Assembly: GCA_031289115.1 (NCBI GenBank)
Contig: JAITQC010000152.1
Span: forward strand, 1 to 61,382
DNA length: 61,382 bases
Direction of reading: 5' to 3'
Origin: Planctomycetota bacterium
GTDB lineage: Bacteria > Planctomycetota > SZUA-567
The notes below the pieces were generated by a model, which was not told the DNA's origin, searched no databases, and was given only the letters and a program-made list of their open reading frames with translations. This document shows, piece by piece, positions 1 through 9,001 of the stretch; the stretch's first letter is position 1, and the number at the start of each line of letters is the position of its first letter. The translations under genes were made by a program, and so were the position numbers.

Positions 1-1
1 C

Positions 2-1183
2 TGGGCGGCGGAACAGGTTCTTACTTCCGGCGATTCCACCGTCCGGGTACCTGGAGTGGCGGACTTGCTCCAGAAAATACTCACCGGAGACACGGGGGCG
101 GTGGGTGGGGTGGCCCAGACTCTACCAACTCTTTCCGGGACCCCGCGTCTGGCCAAGGGGACCGGGGTGGTGGGAAGGGCCAACGCCCTTAAGGAAGCCG
201 AAGCCGAGGCGGCCCCCCCGGCCGCGAGGGGAACGGCCTTCATCCAGGCTGATCCGCGGCTGAACGCGGTTTTAGTCTGGGATTACGAAGACAATTTACC
301 CTTTATCCAAGAAATAGTGGAAAGCCTTGACCAACCCCTGCCGCTGGTGGAAATTCGGGCCGCCATCATTGACATTGAGGCGGGAAAAACCAGTGACCTG
401 GGGATTTCCCTGCGTTACCAGGGTGACAAGGGGCGCTGGGAAAACACCGCTGGCAGTAACCTGGGGAGTTCCTCCTCCCCAGTGGATTTTTCCAACATCA
501 GTGGCAATGGTTTCCAGTACGCCACCATTTACTCCTGGGGCCTGGACCAGTTGATGGCGCGGGTGAGCGCCATGGAGGAGGATGGCAACGCCAATATTCT
601 TAGCCGTCCCTCAGTTCTTACCCAGGACAATATCCAGGCCACTCTGGAGCACACCGAGACCTTTTATGTGCGTCTCCAGGGGGAACGCGAGGTGGATCTC
701 GCCGATATCACCACCGGCCTAACCCTCCGGGTGACCCCGCATGTGATTAACAACGGCGAGGGGGGAGTGCAGCTGGCGGTCTATATCACCGATGGCGACG
801 ACGCCAACTCCAATGTGGACGGCCTACCCCGGGTAAGGCAAAGTAGCATTTCCACCCAGGCCATAGTGCACGAGGGCGAGGCCCTGGTTATCGGGGGTTA
901 CTACAACGAGACCAGGCGCCTTACTGATACCGGGGTTCCCGGGTTGAAAAACATTCCGCTCTTTGGGGCGCTTTTCCGCAACAAGGAAAAGACCAACAAC
1001 AAGAGCGAGCGGTTGTTCGTCCTTTCCCCCCGGATCATCACCCCGGGACAATCGCCTTATGCGCCTGGTAGCGAATCCGAGCGTTCGCTAGATTATAGCC
1101 CCGCCCGCGACCTGCTACAGGGCCCCGCCATGCCGGATCCGGTCCCGGAGAAAAAGCCGGGACGCGGAGGAAAGAAAAGATAA
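2..1183 (+). CDS. sctC: Type III secretion outer-membrane secretin SctC (YscC/InvG family), C-terminal part. The frame is open to the window edge, so the 5' end is missing.
   Basis: Secretin C-domain signature NILSRPSVLTQDNIQATL...LVIGGYY...GVPGLKNIPLFGALFR...ERLFVLSPRII. No stop in this frame between nt 2 and the listed ATG at 56. Followed by sctD as in ysc/psc operons. Confidence 0.9.
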   Translation, partial: WAAEQVLTSGDSTVRVPGVADLLQKILTGDTGAVGGVAQTLPTLSGTPRLAKGTGVVGRANALKEAEAEAAPPAARGTAFIQADPRLNAVLVWDYEDNLPFIQEIVESLDQPLPLVEIRAAIIDIEAGKTSDLGISLRYQGDKGRWENTAGSNLGSSSSPVDFSNISGNGFQYATIYSWGLDQLMARVSAMEEDGNANILSRPSVLTQDNIQATLEHTETFYVRLQGEREVDLADITTGLTLRVTPHVINNGEGGVQLAVYITDGDDANSNVDGLPRVRQSSISTQAIVHEGEALVIGGYYNETRRLTDTGVPGLKNIPLFGALFRNKEKTNNKSERLFVLSPRIITPGQSPYAPGSESERSLDYSPARDLLQGPAMPDPVPEKKPGRGGKKR

Positions 1184-1208
1184 AAGCGCCAGTTTTCCGG
1201 CTTCGGCG

Positions 1209-2855
1209 TTGACCTCGCCCAATGCGTTTCGTCTTGGCCAAAGATTACCCCCGTCTTGGCTGGCTCAAGCTGTTTTTCATTTATCCCGTCCTGGAGAGGT
1301 ATCTCTGGTCTTTACCAATCCGAAAAGGAAGTCTGGCGTGGCTAACGTGCTGGTAAAACTACTGAGCGGAGCACAGAACGGGGCGGAGTTTGTCCTGGAA
1401 CCAGGTAACTACAGCCTGGGTTCCGGCGACGCCGACCTTGTTCTCGCCGACGCCCTGGTTCGCCCGCGGCACGCCCGGCTTATTATTGGGGAAGACGCCT
1501 GCGCCGTAGAACCCCTGGAGGGGGCGGAGGTATGGCTCTCCGGAGTGCTGGTGCGGGAAACCACACCGCTACCGCCTTACGCTGTCCTGACCCTTGGCGG
1601 CGTCAACCTCGCCCTGGGTCCGGAAGGCTTGTGGGAAAAGACGCCAGTGGTGGTGGCGCGTAGCGAGGCGCTTCCGCCCGTTCCTGTGGCGAATGGGGGA
1701 GCGGAAGCCACTCCGCCGCCTGCTAAAAGTGAAGCTCCCCTGCCACCGCCGATTCCGGAAACGCCTTTACTGGCGTCGCCCCGGCCCGGGCGGTCGCGCC
1801 TCGCCTGGTCCCTACTTTTACTACTCTTGACCCTGGTTGTCGTGGTGGCGGCGGGGTATTTTTATTTCCGCTACCGTCCCGCCCCGGATGAACCCCTGCA
1901 TGAAGCCCTGGCTTTGTTACAGGCCTCTGGCTTTGTCGCCATTCCTAACGCCACCACCACCTCCGTCCCCCCGGGGACAGTGGCATTGTCTCGTAACCCG
2001 GCGGGAAGACTGGAAGCCAGGGGCATCCTGCTTACGGCTGGGGAGCGCCAAAAAGCCCTGGCTATTGTCGCGGGCGTGGAAGAGGTGGTAGCGACCCGGC
2101 TCCTGACCCTGGAGACAGAGGTGGCTAAACTGGCTGGCCCGGAGGGCCTTGGCAAGTTTCCCGGCGTCAGCTTGGCTACCGAACCCGGGCGCTTTTCCGC
2201 TTTTCTCAAAGGGTTGGTGGATCGGCCGGAAGACAGCCTGAATGTCTACCGCCTGGTCCGCGAACGTCTCCACCCGCAGATTAGTATCCGCCGCCAACTG
2301 GAATCCTGGAGCGAGACCCGCCGCGAAGCGGAACTGGCGGCCAAGCGAGTGGGAATACCGGGAGCACGTTTTGAACGCGGGCAGGACGGGGTGCGTCTTG
2401 ACGTCCAACCCTGGCCCGAGGCGGCGCAATTGACTGACTTGGCGGAAGAACTGCGGGACCGGCTGGGGGAGGATATGGCAGCCCTTTTCCTGCCCGCCCT
2501 GACGCCCTTGCCGGAGACGCAGGATGAGGTGGCTTTTTTTCCTGAAGCGGACTTCTTCCCGGAGGTGGAGGTGAGGGCGCCCGTGGTTCAGGAAGCGCCG
2601 CCGCCAAGCGAAACAAACGGGTTTACGGATGACAGCGGCGTCTTAGCCGCGACGGCGGAAGGCGCCACGGTGCCGGAGACCATCCTCACGGTGAGCCGCA
2701 TAACCCCAAAGGGTTTTTATGACCAAGCGCAAGAGTTTCACAGTATTGGCGACTATTTGGCACCTGACTTACGGCTAGTCGGCACTTGGCGGCATGGCGT
2801 GGTGCTGGCCCGGGGTGACGAGACAATCTTACTGATGGCGGTAGCGGGCAACTAA
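1209..2855 (+). CDS. sctD: T3SS inner-membrane ring protein SctD (YscD/PrgH-like) with an FHA-like N-terminal domain
   Basis: N-terminal FHA-like segment (VLVKLLSGAQNGAEFVLEPGNYSLGSGDADLVL...RHARL). Pro-rich linker and a single TM (LAWSLLLLLLTLVVVVAAGYFYF), then a large periplasmic part. Sits right after sctC. The listed start is TTG 1209. In-frame GTG 1338, preceded by AAGGAAG, is the more plausible start. Confidence 0.75.
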   Translation: MTSPNAFRLGQRLPPSWLAQAVFHLSRPGEVSLVFTNPKRKSGVANVLVKLLSGAQNGAEFVLEPGNYSLGSGDADLVLADALVRPRHARLIIGEDACAVEPLEGAEVWLSGVLVRETTPLPPYAVLTLGGVNLALGPEGLWEKTPVVVARSEALPPVPVANGGAEATPPPAKSEAPLPPPIPETPLLASPRPGRSRLAWSLLLLLLTLVVVVAAGYFYFRYRPAPDEPLHEALALLQASGFVAIPNATTTSVPPGTVALSRNPAGRLEARGILLTAGERQKALAIVAGVEEVVATRLLTLETEVAKLAGPEGLGKFPGVSLATEPGRFSAFLKGLVDRPEDSLNVYRLVRERLHPQISIRRQLESWSETRREAELAAKRVGIPGARFERGQDGVRLDVQPWPEAAQLTDLAEELRDRLGEDMAALFLPALTPLPETQDEVAFFPEADFFPEVEVRAPVVQEAPPPSETNGFTDDSGVLAATAEGATVPETILTVSRITPKGFYDQAQEFHSIGDYLAPDLRLVGTWRHGVVLARGDETILLMAVAGN

Positions 2856-2869
2856 ATTTATTATTTATA

Positions 2870-2897
2870 TTGACAATATATTTATTATTATTACAAT
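2870..2897 (+). promoter_or_regulatory. Near-consensus sigma70-type promoter (TTGACA-N16-TACAAT) in the AT-rich sctD/needle-operon intergenic island
   Basis: TTGACA at 2870-2875 and TACAAT at 2892-2897. A 15-nt perfect palindrome TATATTGACAATATA (2866-2880) overlaps the -35 box. About 50 nt here are nearly pure A/T in a ~60% GC context. Confidence 0.5.
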
Positions 2898-2944
2898 ATT
2901 TTCCTAGGCGAGGTTTTTCCAGGACTGGCGGGGGAGGTAAGGCC

Positions 2945-3184
2945 ATGGGACTAGAAACAGACATATTGGCAGACGAGTGGAGTCCGCTATCTTTATTGGC
3001 TGCCAATGACGCCGCTGGCTGGCGTACGCTACTGGATGTAATGCAGCAACGCCGGGCGGATTTTAAAACCCAGCTTGACCGAGGAGTCAGCCAGAGCGAG
3101 TTTAAGCAAGGCACGGCCTTGCTGGAAAGTTATGATGCAGCCTTAAAAGGACTGGAACTGGCGTGGAGTCGACGCCATTCCTGA
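2945..3184 (+). CDS. Small helical protein, putative needle co-chaperone (YscE/PscE-like by position)
   Basis: 79 aa from ATG 2945, preceded by GGGAGGTAAGG. Immediately upstream of the needle gene, in the same position as yscE/pscE. Sequence similarity not verified. Confidence 0.4.
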   Translation: MGLETDILADEWSPLSLLAANDAAGWRTLLDVMQQRRADFKTQLDRGVSQSEFKQGTALLESYDAALKGLELAWSRRHS

Positions 3185-3212
3185 ATGGTCTACTTAAAGG
3201 AGGTGAAAAGAC

Positions 3213-3437
3213 ATGGACTTAAATATTCGTAACAGTGTGCTTAATAAAGGCCTTAATTCGATAGACGACACGCAGTCCAATATCGCCAAGGCGCTTGAGG
3301 GAAAAGAAACGCTGACCCAGACGGAATATATCCACCTGCAGCAGGACGTGCAGGCCTACACCAACATGATCTCCCTGATGTCCAATATCCTCAAGGGGCT
3401 TTCGGACACCGACAAGGAAGTTATCCGTAACACCTGA
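3213..3437 (+). CDS. sctF: T3SS needle filament protein SctF (YscF/PrgI/MxiH family)
   Basis: 74 aa helix-turn-helix-sized protein. The C-terminal pattern LQQDVQAYTNMISLMSNILKGLSDTDKEVIRN resembles needle subunit C-termini. AGGAGG SD upstream. Flanked by chaperone-like ORFs. Confidence 0.8.
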   Translation: MDLNIRNSVLNKGLNSIDDTQSNIAKALEGKETLTQTEYIHLQQDVQAYTNMISLMSNILKGLSDTDKEVIRNT

Positions 3438-3465
3438 CCACTCTGGCGTGAGAGAGGAGATAAGC

Positions 3466-3852
3466 ATGGCCTTGTCCCAAGTGGATCGTAGTCTTTTGGC
3501 GCGCATTGGCTTTTTCCTCGCCCGGGACGGCGAGGTGCCGGAGGCGGAAAAACTTTTCCAGGGTTTAGCCGCTTCTGACCCGGCCAAGGATGGCCCGGTG
3601 GTTGGACTGGCGCTTTGCAGCATTATCAAGGGTCGTTTCGAAGACGCCATAAGTAAGCTAGACCAACGTCTAGAAATTGGTAGCGTCATCGGCTCCGCCC
3701 TTTCCCTCTACAAACTGGTGGCCTTGGGTATGTCAGGCCGCCTTTCCGAAGCGCGCCAGCTTAAAATAGAGATGCAGGAAAAGAACTGGGGCGAGGCAGT
3801 GGGGCTAGCGGAAACCCTCCTGGTTGACCTGGAAAAGCGGCAGCCATCCTAA
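3466..3852 (+). CDS. TPR-like needle chaperone (YscG/PscG-like)
   Basis: About 128 aa from ATG 3466 (SD GAGAGGAG). TPR-like helices (EAEKLFQGLAASDPAKDGPVVGLALCSIIKGRFEDAISKL). Sits directly after sctF, as yscG does. Confidence 0.5.
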   Translation: MALSQVDRSLLARIGFFLARDGEVPEAEKLFQGLAASDPAKDGPVVGLALCSIIKGRFEDAISKLDQRLEIGSVIGSALSLYKLVALGMSGRLSEARQLKIEMQEKNWGEAVGLAETLLVDLEKRQPS

Positions 3853-3960
3853 GTGGCTGTAACGGGGGTAGGGGAAAGCTAGCCGAGGAAATGGGGACGA
3901 GGCGGTAACAACGCCCCCCAGGCCCTGGTTTTTTTAGCAGTGTTTTTCGGAGGAACTACC

Positions 3961-4395
3961 ATGAGTCTAGGCATAGATCCCGCCAGTCAACAGGCTTTGC
4001 AAAAAACTAGCGTTGAAGCCACGCCTTCGGCCGGAGCGGCGAGTAAGACACCTGACGCGGCCGGTAGCGGTGAAGTCGAGCGGTTCCAGGCCGCCATGCG
4101 GCCTCCCGAGGCGCAACTAGCTACTAACCAACCCCCGGCGGCGGTGCCACCGGTGGCGGCGCCGGGAAGCGACCTCTCGGTTGGCGACCGTATAATCCAG
4201 GGGATAAGCCGGGTCAGTGACAAGATCCAGACCGACCGGGCGGCGGCGCTCGAGACCATTGGCAAAAATGACCTTACCCAGGCTGACCTCCTCAAGGCCA
4301 ACTTCTCCATGATGGAATCCAGTAACCTGGTGTCCCTGACCAGCAAGGTGGGGGAAAAAATCAGCCAGGGCTTGAAAACACTGCAACAGGGATGA
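3961..4395 (+). CDS. sctI: T3SS inner rod protein SctI (YscI/PrgJ-like)
   Basis: ATG 3961 is preceded by GGAGGAACTACC. Disordered Ala/Pro-rich N-terminus and a conserved-looking C-terminus (LTQADLLKANFSMMESSNLVSLTSKVGEKISQGLKTLQQ). Located before sctJ. Confidence 0.65.
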   Translation: MSLGIDPASQQALQKTSVEATPSAGAASKTPDAAGSGEVERFQAAMRPPEAQLATNQPPAAVPPVAAPGSDLSVGDRIIQGISRVSDKIQTDRAAALETIGKNDLTQADLLKANFSMMESSNLVSLTSKVGEKISQGLKTLQQG

Positions 4396-4404
4396 GGTGA
4401 AGCC

Positions 4405-5154
4405 GTGCTGCGTTCGCTTGCCACCACTGTTTTAGGGTTGATGCTTGGTTTGCTTTTAGCCGGCTGTCAGACCCAGCTTTTCGGCAACCTTAGCGAGAGC
4501 GAGGCCAACGCTGTCCTGGCCGCCCTCCTGGACGCTTCGCTTTCCGCCGAGAAGCGGCTAGGCGAAGAGAACACCTTCGCTGTTTTTGTCGAGGCGGACG
4601 AGTTTGCCCAGGCGGTGCGGGTGGTTGAAGACCAAGCCCTGCCGGGCCGGCGTTACGACGACATGGGCAATGTTTTTGGCAAGGAAGCCATGTTCTCCAC
4701 CCCCTTGGAGGAAAAGGCGCGCTACCTTTACGCCATGCAGGAAGAGTTGGCCCACACGGTGGGGACTATTGACGGCGTGCTGCAGGCCAGGGTGCATTTG
4801 GTGCTGCAGGAAAAGGACCAGTTGGGCCGCGACGTTCAGACGCCCTCGGCGGCGGTGTTTGTCAAGTACCTGGATGACGAGCGCCACGACGCCACCACCC
4901 AGCGCCGGGAAATACGTCGCCTGGTGGCGGCGGCGATCGCCAACCTCGACGAGGAGCGGATAGTGGTGTCTTTCTTCCCTTCCCCGATCCGGAGGCTGCC
5001 ACCGGTCGCCTTGTCCTGGCGCTCCATCCTGGGAGTCAGGGTGGAGGAGGATTCCCTCACCCGGCTAGGAGTTTTTCTGGGTTGTCTCCTGCTTCTTGTC
5101 TTAGTGCTGCTTGGCCTCCTGGTGCGTAGCCATAGCCGGAAAAACCGGCCATGA
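4405..5154 (+). CDS. sctJ: T3SS inner-membrane ring lipoprotein SctJ (YscJ/PrgK/EscJ)
   Basis: Lipobox LLLAGC followed by QTQLFGNLSESEANAVLAALL, typical of the YscJ family. C-terminal TM (VFLGCLLLLVLVLLGLLV). Confidence 0.9.
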   Translation: MLRSLATTVLGLMLGLLLAGCQTQLFGNLSESEANAVLAALLDASLSAEKRLGEENTFAVFVEADEFAQAVRVVEDQALPGRRYDDMGNVFGKEAMFSTPLEEKARYLYAMQEELAHTVGTIDGVLQARVHLVLQEKDQLGRDVQTPSAAVFVKYLDDERHDATTQRREIRRLVAAAIANLDEERIVVSFFPSPIRRLPPVALSWRSILGVRVEEDSLTRLGVFLGCLLLLVLVLLGLLVRSHSRKNRP

Positions 5155-5840
5155 CTCCCGCTATCCTAGTGGCTTTTCACCGCTGGCAGCCCCTGCTTTG
5201 CGACCTGGCGAATGAAATTCACCCCGAACGTTGGCGTCGCCTAGGGTTAGCCGAGCCGGCGGTGGCAAGGCTACTTTCCTCCCCTCGGGCGCGTCAGCGC
5301 CTGTCCAGTAACCTCGCCTGGATTCTTCCCGAAGGGATTGGACAGGAAACCGCTTTGGCCGCCTGGAGGGACTGGGATGTTCCCCTGGCCCTGTTTGCGG
5401 TTCTCCCGGGAGAAAAACTTTGGCAGGCTGGGCTTAAACTGGGGGCGGCTCTGTTTCAGCCCGAGATAGCCCGGCTGGTTCGCCGTTCCGAAGTAGAGGC
5501 TTTCCGCGCCGGAGTGGGCGAGGAAATCCACCTGTTCGCCCTGCGCCAGGCTAGTCGCCTGTGGCGGGGTGGTAGCCTGCCGGGAGTGGAAGAGTTAAAG
5601 GGTGAACTCGCGCCCCGGGTGGCTAGCGTAGCCGCCCTGGCTCTAGGCGCCTGGCTAACTGACCTTCCTCCCGCCTTGGCGGTTCGGGTGGGATTAAAGT
5701 TACCACCCTCCGCCACGGATAATATGGCGCCAGTTGAAAACTGGGCTCCGGAGGTTCGCCAGGCCTGGACCAAGGCCTGGTCGGGTTTTCTCCCGGGGGT
5801 TAGCCAGGTCAGTCCCGTAGAGGGCCGAAAGGACGGATAA
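5151..5840 (+). CDS. sctK: T3SS sorting-platform protein SctK (YscK-like, by position)
   Basis: 229 aa. ATGA overlap with sctJ. Lies between sctJ and sctL exactly as yscK/pscK do. No strong motif recognised. Confidence 0.55.
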   Translation: MTPAILVAFHRWQPLLCDLANEIHPERWRRLGLAEPAVARLLSSPRARQRLSSNLAWILPEGIGQETALAAWRDWDVPLALFAVLPGEKLWQAGLKLGAALFQPEIARLVRRSEVEAFRAGVGEEIHLFALRQASRLWRGGSLPGVEELKGELAPRVASVAALALGAWLTDLPPALAVRVGLKLPPSATDNMAPVENWAPEVRQAWTKAWSGFLPGVSQVSPVEGRKDG

Positions 5841-5845
5841 CCAGC

Positions 5846-6472
5846 ATGGGCATGCTGTCGCTTTTTCCCGAAGGTGGACTGGCGCCGGATCCGGCGGACC
5901 GGATTATCCGGGCTGGCGACTACGCCCAGTTTGTCGCGGCGAGCGAGCTGTTGCAGGCTACCCGGCTCCGGGCGGAGGAGATTATTCGCCAGGCCGAGAC
6001 CGCGGCGGAGGAGTGCCGGAAAAAAGGCTACGCCGATGGAGTTGTGGAAGGCAAGGCGGAGTTGGCCGACCGTCTTTTCGAAGCCGTGTCTGGCTCAGTC
6101 GAGCAACTCTCGTCCATGGAAGGAACCCTGGTCAAGGTGGTGCTCCAGTCGTTAAGAACCATTCTTGGCCAGTTTGACCAAGGCGAACTGGTGACCCAGG
6201 TGGTGCGCCACGCTCTCCGGCTGGTGCGGGACGAAAAAAAGGTAATTCTCCGGGTGTCGAGTGGCGAGGCTGAAACAGTCGAAAAACGCCTGGCCGACCT
6301 GGTCAGCCATTATCCCGGCATGGGGCGGGTGGATGTTGTCGCTGACAGCGCCCTGGCCGCCGGGAGTTGTATTTTGGAAACGGAGATCGGGGTGGTTGAC
6401 GCCTCGCTCGAGCGCCAGCTCGCCAGTATCGAGGACAATTTCCGCCATCATCTGGAGGAGCCAAGGTCCTGA
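5846..6472 (+). CDS. sctL: T3SS stator / ATPase regulator SctL (YscL/HrpE family)
   Basis: 208 aa. N-terminal coiled coil ([24 protein letters not shown]). C-terminal [13 protein letters not shown]...[20 protein letters not shown] is typical of the FliH/SctL family. TGATG overlap with sctN. Confidence 0.8.
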   Translation: MGMLSLFPEGGLAPDPADRIIRAGDYAQFVAASELLQATRLRAEEIIRQAETAAEECRKKGYADGVVEGKAELADRLFEAVSGSVEQLSSMEGTLVKVVLQSLRTILGQFDQGELVTQVVRHALRLVRDEKKVILRVSSGEAETVEKRLADLVSHYPGMGRVDVVADSALAAGSCILETEIGVVDASLERQLASIEDNFRHHLEEPRS

Positions 6473-7794
6473 TGGCGATTTTCGACCACCTTTCTGACGC
6501 CATGGCCCGCTCCCTTACCGAGTTTTCCCCGGTGGAAGTGCGTGGGCGCGTCACCCAGGTTCTTGGGACCATCATCCGGGCCGTGGTGCCGGGGGTCAAG
6601 GTGGGGGAACTGGTCACCCTCAAGTCGCCGCATGACCAGTCTTGGGAGTTAAAGGCGGAATGTGTTGGCTTCGCCCAGCAGGCGGCTATTCTCACTCCCC
6701 TAGGCGAGTTGTCCGGCATCAGCTCTTCCACCGTGGTCATTAGTTCCGGGCGTGTCCACACCATTCCGGTCACCCCAGCTCTTTTGGGGCGAGTGGTGGA
6801 TGGTTTGGGTAACCCCATTGACGGGTTACCGGCCCCGGTGCCGGAGGCGCAGTACCCAGTCTACGCCCCGCCGCCCAACCCCATGACCCGCCGCATAATT
6901 GACACCCCGCTGCCGCTGGGACTACGGGTGCTGGATGGTTTATTAACCTGTGGCGAAGGACAGCGCCTGGGTATTTTCGCCGCCGCGGGCGGCGGCAAGT
7001 CCACCCTGCTTTCCTGCCTGGTCAAAGGCGCGGCGGTGGATGTGGTGGTCCTAGCCCTTGTTGGTGAACGCGGACGCGAGGTGCGGGAATTCATCGAGCA
7101 CGATCTTGGCCCCGAGGGGATGAAGCGCTCAATTCTGGTGGTGGCGACCTCTGACCGCCCCTCCATGGAGCGCCTGAAGGCGAGTTACGTCGCCACCGCC
7201 ATCGCCGAGTATTTCCGCGACCAAGGCAAGAAAGTCCTCCTCCTGATGGATTCGGTGACCCGTTTTGGCCGGGCGCTACGGGAGATTGGGCTTGCCGCTG
7301 GCGAACCCCCGACCCGGCGCGGTTTTCCCCCCTCGGTTTTCAGTAGCCTTCCTAAACTGATGGAAAGGGCGGGAAACTCCGAAAAGGGTTCCATCACCGC
7401 CCTCTACACCGTGTTGGTCGAGGGTGACGATATGACCGAGCCTATTGCCGACGAGACCCGCTCGATCTTGGATGGGCACATTATTCTCTCGCGCCGGCTG
7501 GGTTCTGCCAACCACTATCCGGCGGTGGATGTCCTGGCCTCGGTCAGCCGCTGCATGACTTCCATTGTCAGCCGCGAACACCAGGTGGCGGCCAGCCGCT
7601 TCCGGCAACTCCTGGCGAAATACAACGAAGTCGAGCTTCTTCTCCAGATTGGCGAGTTCAAGAAAGGCCAGGACGCGCTGGCCGACGAGGCTATCGCCAA
7701 ATACGACCGCCTGAACACTTTTCTCTGCCAGGCGCAGAACGAGCGTAGCGACATGGCGACGGCGGTGGAAGAAATGCGGAAACTGGTTTCCTGA
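6472..7794 (+). CDS. sctN: T3SS ATPase SctN (YscN/InvC)
   Basis: Walker [12 protein letters not shown] and Walker [13 protein letters not shown]1/FliI-like architecture, 440 aa. Confidence 0.97.
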   Translation: MAIFDHLSDAMARSLTEFSPVEVRGRVTQVLGTIIRAVVPGVKVGELVTLKSPHDQSWELKAECVGFAQQAAILTPLGELSGISSSTVVISSGRVHTIPVTPALLGRVVDGLGNPIDGLPAPVPEAQYPVYAPPPNPMTRRIIDTPLPLGLRVLDGLLTCGEGQRLGIFAAAGGGKSTLLSCLVKGAAVDVVVLALVGERGREVREFIEHDLGPEGMKRSILVVATSDRPSMERLKASYVATAIAEYFRDQGKKVLLLMDSVTRFGRALREIGLAAGEPPTRRGFPPSVFSSLPKLMERAGNSEKGSITALYTVLVEGDDMTEPIADETRSILDGHIILSRRLGSANHYPAVDVLASVSRCMTSIVSREHQVAASRFRQLLAKYNEVELLLQIGEFKKGQDALADEAIAKYDRLNTFLCQAQNERSDMATAVEEMRKLVS

Positions 7795-8300
7795 TGGCTG
7801 GCTATCCCCTGGCTCCCCTGTTTTCCACCTACGTCTTGCGTGAAGACAGGGCGGAAAGGCAAACCCGGCAGGCCCGGGCAAGCCTGGCGGCGGCGGAACA
7901 GGAGCGGAACAAAGCGACGGCGGAACTGGAGCGTTACCGGCTCTGGCGTCCGGGTGAGGCGGAGCGGCTTTTTTCCGCTATCCGCGGGCGGCATCTGGAA
8001 CAGGATGAGCTTGCCGAATACCATCAGTCCCTGGCTGTCCTTACCCAGGGGGAAATTGAGCGTCAGGACGCGGTGGGAAAAGCGGAGAACGCTGTCCAGG
8101 CGGCGGAAGCGGCGCTTCTAGCCGCCCGGGAGGCGCAGATAGCCGCTGCCCGGGAGCGCCAGAAAATAGCCGAGCACCGGGAAAACTGGAACCGGGAGGA
8201 AGCGTTGCGGCTGGAGCGGGTAGAGGAGGCGGAAGCGGAGGATTTCCCCTATCACCGGGAAACGCTGGAGGAAGGTGAAGACGGGGATAGTCTAGCGTGA
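7794..8300 (+). CDS. sctO: T3SS central stalk protein SctO (YscO-like coiled coil)
   Basis: 168-aa all-coiled-coil Arg/Glu/Ala-rich protein immediately after sctN (TGATG coupling), as YscO/FliJ analogues are. Confidence 0.6.
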   Translation: MAGYPLAPLFSTYVLREDRAERQTRQARASLAAAEQERNKATAELERYRLWRPGEAERLFSAIRGRHLEQDELAEYHQSLAVLTQGEIERQDAVGKAENAVQAAEAALLAAREAQIAAARERQKIAEHRENWNREEALRLERVEEAEAEDFPYHRETLEEGEDGDSLA

Positions 8301-8992
8301 AAGGTTTACCCATGAATATTCCTGACCGGGTTGGGATGGGTGAGAGACAAGAAACCCCCGCCGCCACCCCTGGGGCGCGGCCAGCCTCACCCGCCGCCCG
8401 GGAGCGGTTGGAACAGGCCATGGGTCGGGAAGGTTCCCGGCCAGCGACAGATAAAGGGCGAGGCAAGGGAGAAGCGGAGTCTGACAAGTCTAGCCATGAC
8501 CCCTCCGGGACAGCTTCCGAGAAGGGCGCCCCGTATTCTGGGGGCATGGCGGCTTTACTGGGAAACGCCGGGCGCGCCCTCTTGGCTGGCGGGACGGAAC
8601 CGCGAGCGGCGTCGGCTACCCAGCCAGTCGCCGCCGCCGTTCCGGTCAACTTGGGAGAAATAGTCGACCAGATACTGGTCGCCCAGCCTGGCCCTGACGG
8701 GGGGCAGGAGGTGTCTTTAAAAATCAACCAGCCCTGGCTCCCCGCCACTGAGATAAACCTCCTCCGTAAAGCCGGAGGGGAGCTGGCGGTGGAGTTTCGC
8801 TCCGACCATCCGGACGCCCAGCGTTTTCTCCTCCCCAATCTGGCGGAACTCCGGGGACGCCTGGAGTCGCGTCTGGAAAGCCCGGTGGTGGTGCGCCTGG
8901 CGGAACACGCTGGCAGCAACTCCGGGGGAGCTGATTCAGAGGGCCGCAGCCGTAACCGCTACACTCTTATCGAGGAATTGGGAGATAATTAG
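8297..8992 (+). CDS. sctP: T3SS needle-length regulator / substrate-specificity switch SctP (YscP-like)
   Basis: Disordered Gly/Ala/Pro-rich N-terminal part. The C-terminal globular part (IVDQILVAQPGPDGGQEVSLKINQPWLPATEINLLRKAGGELAVEFRSDHPDAQRFLLPNLAELRGRLES) resembles the T3S4/FliK-C domain. Positioned between sctO and sctQ. An alternative start is ATG 8312. Confidence 0.65.
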   Translation: MKGLPMNIPDRVGMGERQETPAATPGARPASPAARERLEQAMGREGSRPATDKGRGKGEAESDKSSHDPSGTASEKGAPYSGGMAALLGNAGRALLAGGTEPRAASATQPVAAAVPVNLGEIVDQILVAQPGPDGGQEVSLKINQPWLPATEINLLRKAGGELAVEFRSDHPDAQRFLLPNLAELRGRLESRLESPVVVRLAEHAGSNSGGADSEGRSRNRYTLIEELGDN

Positions 8993-9001
8993 GCCACCGG
9001 T

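Noticed and set aside
8041-8919. Long antisense ORFs overlapping well-supported genes. Examples: 8041-8919, 9148-10062, 20601-21308, 40825-41409, 41006-41779, 47860-48762, 31351-32278 and 32703-33356.
   Set aside because: They lie opposite genes with clear family motifs. They are Arg/Pro/Ser/Gly-rich, as expected for the antisense frames of GC-rich coding DNA. They lack RBS signals and recognisable domains.
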